Translations under genes and position numbers: made by a program
Assembly (NCBI RefSeq): GCF_009914755.1
Contig: NC_060943.1
Direction: 5' to 3' (one strand)
Origin: the human T2T-CHM13v2.0 reference genome, Homo sapiens
Length of the DNA: 64,000 bases
The notes under the pieces: model-generated
What the model was told of the DNA's origin: nothing
The model's database searches: none
Seen by the model: only the letters and a program-made list of their open reading frames with translations
In this document: positions 13,076 through 24,040 of the stretch, piece after piece
Layout: each line of letters begins with the position of its first letter
Numbering within the stretch: the stretch's first letter is position 1

Positions 13076-15067
13076 CACACGTGTATTCTTTTCCTGTTTC
13101 CCTCATTTGCATGAGAAATGGAATTCTGCCTTTACAGCCTTGATACAGAGCAGTGGGTGTTGTGTGAGATACAGTATTGAAGATGAGTCTCACCTCTGTC
13201 TGTGATGAAATAGATTGTGAATTGTGAAGAGAATGCAGGTAGCAATGTAGGAGCTAAACTTAAGTGTCCTCTAATTTAGAGTCAATGACTTTGTCGTTTC
13301 TGCTGTGAATCTGGCTACTCTCTGCTATGCCAGAAAATGATGTACTTAACTGCAGCAAACACGTATCTTTAGTTTATCCTCCACTCACACAAACCTTTGG
13401 GACAGCACATGTTATCAGGAGTTTTCCCCCTCACATCTGTACTCTCTTCAGATGAATGTGGCTGGAGGGTCATGTCCCGAGGAATCTTATTACTTAGATA
13501 TTATTGATTTTTGCAGAGTGGGGCATCTGACGTATGCACACCAGTGCCTCTTCTCTTGACATTTTTGCTCTTTGTATCAACAGTGAACTTGTTTCTCTCT
13601 GTATATCTGGACAATAAAATTGAATTCCTCATACTCAGAAATGGTCAGGTCACATTCAGGTCATGTGGGCACAAAATAATAGAAACTTACACTGAGACCT
13701 AGAAAATGAAACATTCAAGCAGAAAACTGCAGAGATTTAGGGACTTCTGTTTGATTCCACAATTGCAGCTATTCCTGAAAAAGGTGGAGCTCAATTCCTA
13801 CATTGGATTCATTGAAAAAGCACAGTGTTTTCTGTTTCCCTTTTGCTTGAATTCCTTGTCATGTCTAATGTTGTCTGCAACTCAGGGTTTGGAATAATCC
13901 AATAGGAGCTCTGATTGTGGACATGATCTAACGTTCTAATAACCAAGTGATGTGTTCAACCTGATATAGATAATAAACTCCAAGACCTTCAAAAACCAAA
14001 AGGAAGACTTTTTTTTCATCTTACACTGAAGATACCACATTATTTTTATGCATGGAAGGGGTCTCAGCACTATTTCAATGAATACAGTCCCAATCCCCAT
14101 TTGAAAAATAAGAAAACTGAGGCTCATAGAAGTTATGTCATCTTTCTGCCGAAAAACAGCTATTAAAAAGTTGGATAGTCACTGTTTGAATGCAGACACT
14201 TGGAGCTCTGAAAGGAGAGCATTTATGCAGGAACATGCAAGATCATGGACCTTGGGGCCATGCCATGCTGCTATACCAAAATTGAAGTAGTTAAAAATAT
14301 GGATACTCCATGGGTTCATAGGGGAACCTCGCAAGATGCTGGAGACTTGGATAAGCTGACAAAACTAGAACACGTTTTAAATTTGGGGGCGGGAGCATTA
14401 CAGCCTTTAAAATATCTTTTATAAAAATTCCACTCCCAAAATCTGAGAGTACTTGTCAGAAACAGTATTTTTTTAAACTCGGAATACAGGTTAAAATCCA
14501 AGCTCCTTAATTCTGTATTTAAGGCTGTCCATGATATCGACCATGCAGACGTTAGTAGCTTCATGTCTTGACCACACCTGACTCCCAACCCTGACTCCAA
14601 GCTGTGCCAGCTCTGCTCTCCCTGTGCAGTCTTCTGGGTTGTCCTCTGTCTTGGTTCATTGGTAGAATAGTCACAAACTTTGTTCCATACCTTAATCTTT
14701 TTAAGTTAACAGGGGATCCTAGAGGCCACTCTGCAGTGGTGTGGCAGTATTCCTTATTCTTGTTGTAAGTTGGGTGCTGTTCCAGGATATTGTCGGTGGG
14801 AATTTTGGTTCTTTTTTGCTATTACAAATAAGAAACATTTGAATAGTTTTGTAAATCTACCTTTTTCGTGGTTTTGCTTGTATACTTTTTTCACTGGAGA
14901 AGGGGGAATTCTGCATGAAAATGTAAATTTTAAGTGTTAGAATGTGAGGATTTGCAAACTTATCTTACACAGACTTGTGTCATTTTCCTTCTAACCGCCA
15001 ACATATGAGCATACCTGTCTACCCAGGGTCTCTCCACTAGAGTGATCTGAATAATTTGAATGCTAGC

Positions 15068-15860
15068 TGTGTGGTAGGAAGGAGCCTCCCCACCGCTCTC
15101 AACACCAAAGATGTCCATGTCTTAATCTCAAAATCTGTTCATTTGTTACTTTTCATGGCAAAAATGACTTTGCCAATGTGATTAAAGGATCTTCAAACAG
15201 GGAGAGCACCATGGACTATTCAGGTGAAGGCACTGTAATCACATGGGTCATTATAGGAGGGAGGCTGAAGTGTAAGAAGCAAAGGAGACCTGATGACAAG
15301 AGAGATGCAGCCTTGTGACAAGAAATGAGGGCAGCCTGTAGAACAGGAGTCCCCAACCCCTGGGCCGCAGACCGGTACCAGTCTGTGACCTGTTAGAAAC
15401 TAGGCCACACAGAAGGAGTTGAGCAGCGAGCAAACGTCACCGCCTGAGCTCTGCTTCCTGTGAGATGAGTGGCAGCATATTCTCACCGGAGCGTGAACCC
15501 TATTGTGAACTGCGCATGTGAGGGATCTAGGTTGAACGCTTCTTATGAGAATCTAACTAATGCTTGATGACCTGAAGTGGAACAGTTTCACCTTGAAACC
15601 ATTGCCCCATCCATCTTCCAGAAATCCCATCCCTGGTGCCAAAATGGTTGAGGACCACTGCTCTTGAAGCCAGCAAAGGCAAGAAGTAGATTCTCTCCTG
15701 GAGCCTCAGGAATGGCAGGCAGCTAGGCCCAGACATTAATTTTAGCTCATAAAGTATATTTTGGAATTCTGAACTACACAACATAATTTTTTTGTTTTGT
15801 TTTGCTTTAACTGCTATGTTTATGGTAATTTGTTACAGCGGAGATAAAAAAATGAATACA
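15068..15860 (+). mobile_element. MLT1D-like LTR (copy B), interrupted by MER1B
   Basis: Same element and flanks as 2816-3280. Confidence 0.8.
15344..15660 (+). mobile_element. MER1B-like hAT-Charlie DNA transposon
   Basis: TIRs caggagtccccaacc / ggttgaggaccactg. 8-bp TSD ctgtagaa/ctcttgaa; the empty site ctctagaa is seen in copy A. Confidence 0.88.
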
Positions 15861-16127
15861 CTTCTCAGTATGATAGGTAAGAAATGGTATCTCAGTGTAG
15901 TGTGAATTACACTCCTCTTATTTTGAATGTCATAAGTTATCTTTTTTAATGTTCATAGTACTTAGAATAATTTGTATGGACAAAGCACGTTGACTGAGCT
16001 TCTGTTGCTAACTGGAGGTATCGGATATTTAACAACACTTAGAAGTTTGGATGGCAACATTCATTTAAACTGTGAGACAGTAATACCTGTTGAGGTGCAG
16101 AAACTCCACTACCCCTTCAAGAATCCT

Positions 16128-16719
16128 TTTTTTTTTTTTGAGACAGAGTTTTGCTCTTGCTGCCCAGGCTGGAGTTCAGTGGCGTGATCTCGGCTCACCA
16201 CAACCTCCGCCTCCCAGATTCAAGCGATTCTCCCGCCTCAGCCTCCCATAGCTGGGATTACAGGCATGAGCCACCACGCCCGGCTAATTTTGTATTTTTA
16301 GTAGAGACAGGGTTTCTCCATGTTGGTCAGGCTGGTCTCGAACTCCCGACCTCAGGTGATCCTCCTGCCTCAGCCTCCCAAAGTGCTGGGATTACAGGCG
16401 TGAGCCACTGCACCTGGAAGAATCCATTTTTTTTTTGAGACAGGGTCTTGCTCTGTTGCCTGGGCTGGAGTGCAGTGGTGTGACTATGGCTCACTGCAGC
16501 CTTGAATTCCTGGGCTCTAGCAATCCTCCCACTTCAGCCACCTGAGCAGCTGGGACTACAGGCATGGGCCAGCATGTCCAGCTAATTTTTTTGATTTTTA
16601 GAAGAGACGAGGTCTTACCATTTTGCCCAGGCCAGTCTCAAACTCCTGAGCTGAAGCAGTCCTCCCAGCTCGACCTCCCGAAGTGCTAGGATTACAGGTG
16701 TGAGCCACTGCACCTGGCC
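16128..16719 (-). mobile_element. Two adjacent antisense Alus (AluS ~16128-16417, AluJ ~16427-16719)
   Basis: Poly-T plus Alu bodies, with aagaatcc/aagaaccc repeats at the junctions. Absent from copy A. Confidence 0.9.
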
Positions 16720-16747
16720 AAGAACCCATATTTAGAGTCAGACTCAC

Positions 16748-16871
16748 CATATCCTTGAAGAAACCATTCCAAATATTATTTAAATGACTCCGTATTTTTG
16801 ACCATCCTCATTCTCCAGAAATAATAACCAAAAGTAACTATATCTCTGGGATTTCTCACTAGGTAAACAAT
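16748..16871 (-). pseudogene. SULT2A-like pseudogene copy B, exon 3 homolog
   Basis: tctctctttttcatttaag|IVYLVRNPRDIVTFGYYFWRMRMVKNTESFK*YLEWFLQGY+G|gtgagt. 124 nt (one codon lost), TAA at 16776-16778, both splice sites canonical. Confidence 0.93.
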
Positions 16872-17544
16872 CTTAAATGAAAAAGAGAGATAATAAGAAT
16901 AAATGTATCCATTCTTCTTGCTTCAAGATTCTTGCAAAAGGCAAAAAACATCAAACTCCCATTAAAGTTTTGGCTATAGCTTGTCCTTCTTTAATTCATT
17001 CATTTAACAAAATGTATTGATAACCCACTATGTGCTTGACATCTACTTAGACACTGTAGAAGGAACAGAGGACAAGATACGGGTCATTTCTGCCCTGAAG
17101 AACATTATAATATAAGGCAGGGAAGAGGCTAACTAATGTTTGGACAATCAAATGATGTTACTACACTTGGGCACCACTGTTTAAGAATCCCTGGGCTGTA
17201 AATCAGGAACTGTGAGTTTGTTGGGATTCTGCCAGAGACTCTGACTCAGTGCTACTCCAGGAATTTTATCTTTCAGACCTCTCTTTCTTTTTGTAGGAAT
17301 TCCTACTCTATCCCATATAAGCAAATCTCAGGGACTAAGCAAGTAGATGTTAGCAGTCAACCATATGTAAGATTCTTTTATAAAATTCAACATGATGGCG
17401 TGAATAAACTCACTATGCTACCACTGGTTGTGAAACCTGAAGAGATTAAACAAACTTTGCATTTTCTCAAAACAAACAAAAAAGAGTTTGTTAGAATTAA
17501 TAAAGCTGACCCCAAGCTAGGATAAGTTGGATCCAGTGTCATAC

Positions 17545-17732
17545 AAGGCCATTTCCAATTCTAAACAAATAACGTTGACCACATGGAGCCTGTGGGGAAA
17601 ACTGGTCAACTCTCACCTGAAGTTCCAAAAGTTGAGAATATCATATTCTGTCCCAGAAATTAATTTGTAATCCAAATTCACCTGGTCACCAACACTGTTG
17701 TTAAATTTGATATTCTTCAGAAAGGAGTTAAG
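17545..17732 (-). pseudogene. Vomeronasal type-2 receptor (V2R/VN2R) exon fossil (extracellular domain, exon 4-like)
   Basis: tatttttaag|LNSFLKNIKFNNSVGDQVNLDYKLISGTEYDILNFWNF[deletion/frameshift]QVRVDQFSPQAPCGQ matches the V2R pattern L(H/N)xFLKNxxFxNxxGDxVN...EYDIxNFWNFPxGLGxKVKVGxFSPxxPxGQ. 3' end approximate. Confidence 0.85.
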
Positions 17733-18084
17733 CTTAAAAATAGTGCACTGTTACAGGATGGAAAGAGTTCTGAATTTGGAAAGAAGAAACTTGAATTAGA
17801 GTAATACCTTTGAAACTTATTAGATGTGTGGCTTTGGAAAAAGTCCCTTATTGTTTAAATCTTCAACTGTAAAGTTAGTTATTCAATTTTATTTTTACAA
17901 GAATTATGTGAGATAATACCTTTGATGGCCCATGAACAAAAATGTGGTATATATAAAGTAAAAATTAGATAAAGAAAACATTATATATGTAATGTAATGA
18001 TAATTTAATATATAGTATGATAATGGAAATACCCCTTACTTCCTTGGTGGGATGAATGAGGACAGAAGAATCAAAATAATCTCT

Positions 18085-18483
18085 TGTTATTGGTTGAATT
18101 TTGTCTGCCCCAAATTTTGCATGTTGAAGTCCTAACTCCCAGTACCTCAGAATGTGACTGTATTTGGATATAGGATTTTTACAGAGTTAATTAAGTTGAA
18201 ATGAGGTCGTTAGGGTGGGTCCTAATGCAATCTGACTAGTCTCACCATGTCTCCATGGGTTTTCTCTGGGTACTCCAGATTCCTCCCACATCCCAAAGAT
18301 GTGCACAGTAAGTTAACTGGTATGTCTAAGTTGTCCCAGTCTGAGTGAGTGTGGGTGTGTAGTAGGCTACACAATCTAGGTTTGTGTAAGTACACTCTAT
18401 GATGTTTGCACAACAAGGTTCTTAGGAAATTGCCTAAGAACCCATTTCTCAGAATGTATCTCCATCCTTTAGCGATGTAGACT
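18085..18483 (+). mobile_element. MLT1 fragment (~18085-18235) followed by a Tigger3/MER7-like DNA transposon fragment (~18250-18483)
   Basis: gttgaagtcctaactcccagtacctcagaatgtgactgtatttgga (MLT1); gggtactccagattcctcccacatcccaaagatgtgc...gtaggctacacaatctaggtttgtgtaagtacactctatgatgtttgcacaa (Tigger3). Confidence 0.7.
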
Positions 18484-18619
18484 GTATTTCCATACTGTAA
18501 ATAGTCCCCTTGTGGTGGATTTCAATCTACCAATATGACATCACTGAATGTGGAGTTAGAAAGAAAGGTACAGTTCATGGCTCTCAGTTCCTACAGCTCT
18601 TTTAATTTCCTAAATGACT

Positions 18620-19410
18620 GCAGCAATAAAGTATCTTTTGTTAAAATATCTGGCCTTTTGTTCCTGGTTCCTGAAAAAGCTCCAGAACAGCTCCAGAGCC
18701 ATAAAGGTGAAAGACAGTATTTCAACCACACATGAGTTTATGTTAATGAGGTGATTTTTGGAAACTCTCAAGATAATCCCAATATTTGGGGGGAGTGGTG
18801 GCTAGTTGCCAGAGGAACCAGCCATGTGCTCAGAGGACTGGAACTCACAGCTCCACCCTCTACTTCTGGGAAAAGAGAGAGCCTGAAAATTAAGTTGATC
18901 GCCAGTGGCCAATGATTTAATCAATCACATCTACATAATGAAACCTTGAAAACCGAAAAGGCCTGAGTTCAAGCGGCTTCCAAGAAGGTAGACAAAAACA
19001 CATCCTCGTGCTGGGAGGGTGGTGCACCCCAACTCCACGGGCACAGAAGTTCCTGCACTAGGGATTCTCTCGGACCTTGCCCTACATGTCTCTTCATCTG
19101 GCTATTTGTATCCTTTAAAATATCTTTTATAATAAACCAGTAAACATAAGTGTTTCCTTGAGTTCTGTGAGCTGCTCTAGCAAACTAATGGAACCCAAGG
19201 AGCCGGCTGTGGGAGCCCCAATTTATAGCACATCTCTCTGAAACACAGGTACAACAATCTGGAGTTTGGAATTGGCATGGGAAGTGGGGGACAGTCTTTT
19301 GGGACTGAGCTGTCTAACCTGTAGGATCTGATGTTTTCCAGGTAGCGTCAGAATTGAATTGGAGTAGCGGTCACCTGGCTGGTGTCTGCTGCAGACAGGT
19401 TTTTTTGACA
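18620..19410 (+). mobile_element. MER21-like LTR
   Basis: ggccaatgatttaatcaatcacatctacataatgaaacc...gggagggtggtgcaccccaactccacgggcacagaagttcctgc...ataaaccagtaaacataagtgtttccttgagttctgtgagctgctctagcaaa. Confidence 0.75.
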
Positions 19411-19819
19411 TGTTAAGACATTATAAGAGACAATAGAAAAAATGTATACGATACAACCTTCTCTGAGTTATATTTCTCCATAGCCCTTTTTACTGTTCAT
19501 CAGACTGTTTATCTAACTCATGAATTTGTGGCTTGTCTCTCTCCGCTTCAAAGTAAATTACATAATAAGAGGACAGGGATTTTTTTTTCTCTGCTGTATC
19601 CCCCTGAATTGCTTTTCCTTATTTGTCTCACCTTCCAATACTAATTCTACAGTTCTCCTAGTCAGGGCTAGTCCCCTAAAACGGGGACCATTTCCATTTT
19701 GTTAAGGGGCTGAACGCGGTTCAAGCCTAGCAGATTGGTTCCAAAAACGTCGTGTTATTCACTGCCTCTGATCAGTGACATTCCCATTTGCAGCTGAAAG
19801 AGGTATTAATTCGCCAGAG

Positions 19820-20600
19820 TCACAACACGGTCGGGGTTCCTCGTCGCTGTCTTATTCCAAAATAAGCTTAACACAGAAAGATAATGACACTCCCACGGAC
19901 TGGCACAGAAGGCCGCGCTCCGAATGACATCGCGATCACAGAGGCACAGACAGCGTCACAAAGCCCCACGCGTACTCACACCGAAGGCTCAGCCGTCGCG
20001 CGTTTCCCTCCCAGGCCCCAGGAACTAGTAACTAGGGACGCTTCTGGTCTCTAGGCGAGGAGAGGGGGAGAGCGCAATCTTTGCGCCTGCGCACACTCCT
20101 GCTCTTACCCGCCGGAACCCTGGGCCACGCCCGGCTCGCGTAATCACGCACTGCGCAGGCACCGCCCGCTCTGCTCTAAGGTCCCTCTCACTCCTTCAGC
20201 AGCCCGAGGACAATCCCCTCAACACTAGGCCACGCCTTGTCTCCGCCCCTCTCGTCCGACCCCTGGAGAGAGGCTGGCGCCTGCGCGATGGGGGGTTCCA
20301 GCGTCGACTCACGGAGTCCTTCGGATGAGAGCGTCTGGGTGCCAGACGAGGCCGGGGGTTTGTTTTGGGTGGTTTGGGAGTCCGAGCTCGAGGGCTGGGC
20401 CAGGAAGGGCAGGCGAGGCGGGCGGCTCCGACGCGGGTCGCGAAGGCCCAGCCGCGTCCTCTGTCCCCAGGACGACTACATTTCCCAGAGGCCAGCGCGG
20501 CGCGCGTACTCGAGTCTGCGGGGCGGAGGCCGCGGCTCGGGGCTGCTGGGCGTTCGGGGCGGCTTGGGGCGGCGGGACCACTGGAGTGAGCTGTGGGAGA
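19820..20600 (+). promoter_or_regulatory. ZNF471: ZNF471 CpG-island promoter / non-coding exon 1
   Basis: CpG-dense. NRF1-like TGCGCCTGCGCA (20082-20093); ZNF143/SBS motif ACTACATTTCCCAGAGGCC (20475-20493); GC boxes. Candidate exon-1 donors ggg|gtttgt (20358) and gga|gtgagc (20586). Confidence 0.85.
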
Positions 20601-20662
20601 GATGGGGGTGTGCCTGTGTGTAAAAGATCTGTCAGAGTGTGAGGCTCCGTGAGAGGGTGTGG

Positions 20663-20697
<35 letters not shown>

Positions 20698-22156
20698 CAG
20701 ACCGAGAGTCCAGTGTGAGACCAGGGTATGTTCGTGTGTGACAGAGCGAGACGGGCCAGTGTGAGAGACCAGTGAGTGTGAGAGAGATAGGGATGTGCCT
20801 GCATTTGAAAGAGAGCGTGTGAAGCTCAGTGAGAGGTTGCGAGGTGTGTGGGTGTGTAAGTGTGTAACAGACCAGGTGTCCAGAGCGTGAGACCAGGATG
20901 TATTCGTGTGAGAGAGTGAGACGGGCTGGATGGAGTGTGAGAGACCAGTGAGTGTGAGAGATGGGCGTGTGCCTGTGTGTGAAAGGCCGGTCGGTCGGTG
21001 GGTGAGGCTCAATGAGAGGCCGGTGTGTGTTCGAGAGAGAGAAGAATCACCATGTATGCGAGACTAGACTGTGCAAGAACAGAGTGTGAGACTGTGGTAT
21101 GTTAATGTGTGAAAGGGAGACCAGTGAGTGTGAGAAATGGGTGTTTTGGGTGAAAGACCCGTCAGTGTGTGAGGCCGTGTTATGTGTGTCTGACAGACTG
21201 AGAGAGACCAGAGTGTGAGACCAGGGTGTGTTCGTGTGTGAGAGACAACATAGCGTGAGACCAGTGAGTGTGAGAGAGATGAGCACGTGGCTGTGTGTGA
21301 AAGACCAGTCATTATGTGAGGCTCCTTGAGAGGCTGGTGTGTGTGTATGAGAGAGAGAAAGAGACTAAACTGTGAGAGTCCAAAGAGTGAGACTAGGTTA
21401 TGTTGTTATGAGTTTGTGAGAGAGAGGGAGGCGATCAAAGTATAGGACAAAGTTATGTTTCCTGGCTTACGACTTCTAAGATCCTTGGAATCTCCAAAGT
21501 ATTAAGTGTCTTTTTGCATGCTAATGATTGGTGGGCTGGCAGCCTGTAGGTTGATCACGGTAAGGGATGGTCACAAGAACAATCTAGGCAGGATTAGAGG
21601 GTTGGGATTACCTGCCCCATCCCTCAATCTCCAGGGAAAGGAAAGGGAGCCACAGGTTAAACTGATCATCAGTGGTCAGTGATTTAACCAGTCATGCCTA
21701 CATTATGAAGCTTCCATAAAAACCCAAAAGGACTGGGTTCATCAAACTTCCAGATAGCTGAACACTGGAGGTTCCTGTAGGATGAGCCCCTTCCTATATA
21801 ACCTTGTCCTATGCATTTCTTCACCTGCATCCTTTGTAATATCCTTTATTACTACAAACGTGTTTCCCTAAGTTCTGTGAGCTGCCCTAGCAAATTAATT
21901 GAACGCAAGGAGGGGGTCATAGGAACCCCGATTTATAGCTAGTCAGAAGCACAAGTAAAACAACCTGGGGTTTGCAACTGGCATTGGAAGTGGGGAGCAA
22001 TTTTGTAGGGCTGAGCCCTCAACCTGTGGGATCTTATGCTGTCTCCAGGTAGATAGTGTCAGAATTGGGTTGCCCTAGAGGTCACCCACCTGGTATTCAC
22101 TGGGTTGCCCTAGAGGTCACCCACCTGGTATTCACTGAAGAACTTATTGCTTGCCT

Positions 22157-22195
<39 letters not shown>

Positions 22196-23150
22196 CCCCA
22201 CACATCTGGTCTTAGAACTGTTTTGTGTTGTGTGAGTGGAGTAGGAGAAACAGTTTGTTTTTCCTCTTTGTCACCTGAGTGTGTTATCAGGGACTGGATT
22301 GTGAGAATCCAGAGTGTGAGACCAGGGTATATCAATGTGTGAGAGAAATAGATGTGCCTGTGTGAAAGATGAACAAGTATGAGGCTCCCTGGAGTCTGAG
22401 AAAGATCATGTGTGTGTCTGAGTAAAAGCAAGAGACTAGACTGAGAGTTCAGTGATTGGGAGAGACTGGGGTATGTTGGTGTGAGTGTGTGAGAGACCAA
22501 TGGGTATGTGAGAGACTAGAGTATGTCTCTGTCTGGACTGGTAGGTTGTGAGAGGGTGTATCACAGTATGAAAAAGATTGGAGTGAGAGTGACCAGTATG
22601 TATTTTGTGTGCATGAGATAAAGCAGTTGGAATATGAGAGATCAGAGTGTGTTTGTGTATCTGTGTGAGACACTGGAGCATTTGAGTAACTGAGGCCTCT
22701 TTGAAAGATACCATTGAATGTGTATGTATGAGAGACCATCATGTTTATATGTGTGAAAGAGGGAGAGAAAGACTAGTGATGTGGTTGTGTGAGAGACCAA
22801 AATGGGTGAGAAAGAAACTATGTGAACCATGGTGTGTTATCCAAAAGGCTTTACAAATATAACCTCTGTGAGGTTGTGAAGCATGCATGTGTGAGTGAGA
22901 CAGAGATAAGGGACAGTGAGCTGTGTGTGTGAGAGAAGTAAGATTGGGGGTATGTGTGAAGGTGTTGGTGAATCACCACGTGTGCTTATATTCATGTCCT
23001 CAGACAATGGAAATGTGACTGTGTATATGTGCTTGTTTTGGGGTGCTTGTGATTGTGTCCTCCGTGTGACCATGAAACCTGTGTTAGTGTTTGTATGTCA
23101 CCCTGTATACCCATAATTGTGGCCCTGTATGACTGCTGTGTATGGAGAGA
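20590..23150 (+). repeat. Degenerate GT/GA-rich tandem array (~145-185 bp unit) with (GT)n tracts, split by an LTR
   Basis: Recurring gaga(g/a)atgg..tgtgcctgtgtgtgaaag...gtgaggctc...gagaccagggtatgttcgtgtg...gagaccagtgagtgtgaga near 20597, 20783, 20957, 21132, 21274 and 22343. Confidence 0.8.
21440..22265 (+). mobile_element. MER21-like LTR with an internal 35-bp perfect duplication and (GT)n
   Basis: Similar to 18620-19410 (gtgatttaaccagtcatgcctacattatgaagc...gtgtttccctaagttctgtgagctgccctagcaaattaattgaac). Confidence 0.75.
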
Positions 23151-24007
23151 CTACTTGGAAGATTGATAGGATTGGATTCTTTATGAGTGTGGCTGTTTGG
23201 AATTGTGTGTTGCCGGGATAGGAAATGTGGAATAGAATTCCTGTCCCCAGTCCAAGGGTTTCAGTAAGAAGCAAAGCTGGGGTGACTGAAGCTCCTAACT
23301 GAAGCAGGAGACACCCTCACTTCTGTGTGACAGGAGGGTAATTAAGGGGCTGGGACAGAGGTGAGAGTGAAAGTGGCAGAATTGAGTGCTAAAGGTTCCA
23401 TCGTTTCAGGGTGAGGAAAGTGAAACAGTGCCGGGGGGTGGGTCAGGGATGCAGTGGTGGGGATTGAGTGAAGAAGGAGGATAACCCTGGCCTCTGGTGG
23501 CATTTGGGAGTCAGATTTTCCTTTTTCTTTTTTTTTTTTTTTTTCCCAAAAACCCCATCCATCTGGCCCAGAAAGGAGCCAGATTTTCAAACAGTAGACT
23601 TTCAAAGCATGAAGCAGAGACCCAAGAAGAGAATGACTCCACCTTTACCTGTAAAATGGAGGAAATGACTATTTTATAGGATTATTTGAAAAATAAAGTG
23701 AGATAATCTAATCTATGCAGAGTACCTAATGCATCTGAATGGGAAGGTAGCTCTTTGAAAAAGATTAAATTTAGGACCTCAAGCATGAAAAAAAAAAACC
23801 GTTATGAGTTATAGCCCTTCAGTGGCCATAGGTTGCTCATACCCAGTTATGGGATCAACCAAAGCTGGGAAGAAGAAGACAGTTTTAGGCTAGTGATTCT
23901 GGGAGTGCAGCATCTCTGGCCTCATCTCTCTCTAACCTTTCCCTTCCTTCAGCCTTGCCCTCCCAAGACACTGTTCTTCAAGAGAAAGACCAGAAGAGAA
24001 GGCAAAA

Positions 24008-24040
24008 ATGAATGTTGAAGTAGTAAAAGTCATGCCCCAG
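24008..24040 (+). CDS. ZNF471: ZNF471 first coding exon (exon 23953-24040), MNVEVVKVMPQ
   Basis: Acceptor ccttccttcag|, ATG at 24008, donor cag|gttagt. Confidence 0.92.

Larger units (their letters stand above)
13088..17042. repeat. Ancient local tandem duplication, copy B
   Basis: Colinear with 590-3860. Carries extra MER1B and two Alu insertions. Confidence 0.93.

Noticed and set aside
17310-17435. Possible V2R cysteine-rich exon 5 (VSQPV-S resembling VPQSVCS)
   Set aside because: Only the first few codons resemble it and the cysteine pattern is not recoverable; too weak to call.
20196-21312. ORFs of 100-200 aa over the ZNF471 CpG island and GT array
   Set aside because: Stop-poor GC-rich or low-complexity sequence (HT/SL repeats) with no domain.
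20590-23150. CRISPR-like repeat-spacer array
   Set aside because: Eukaryotic intron, degenerate units without unique spacers, no cas genes.
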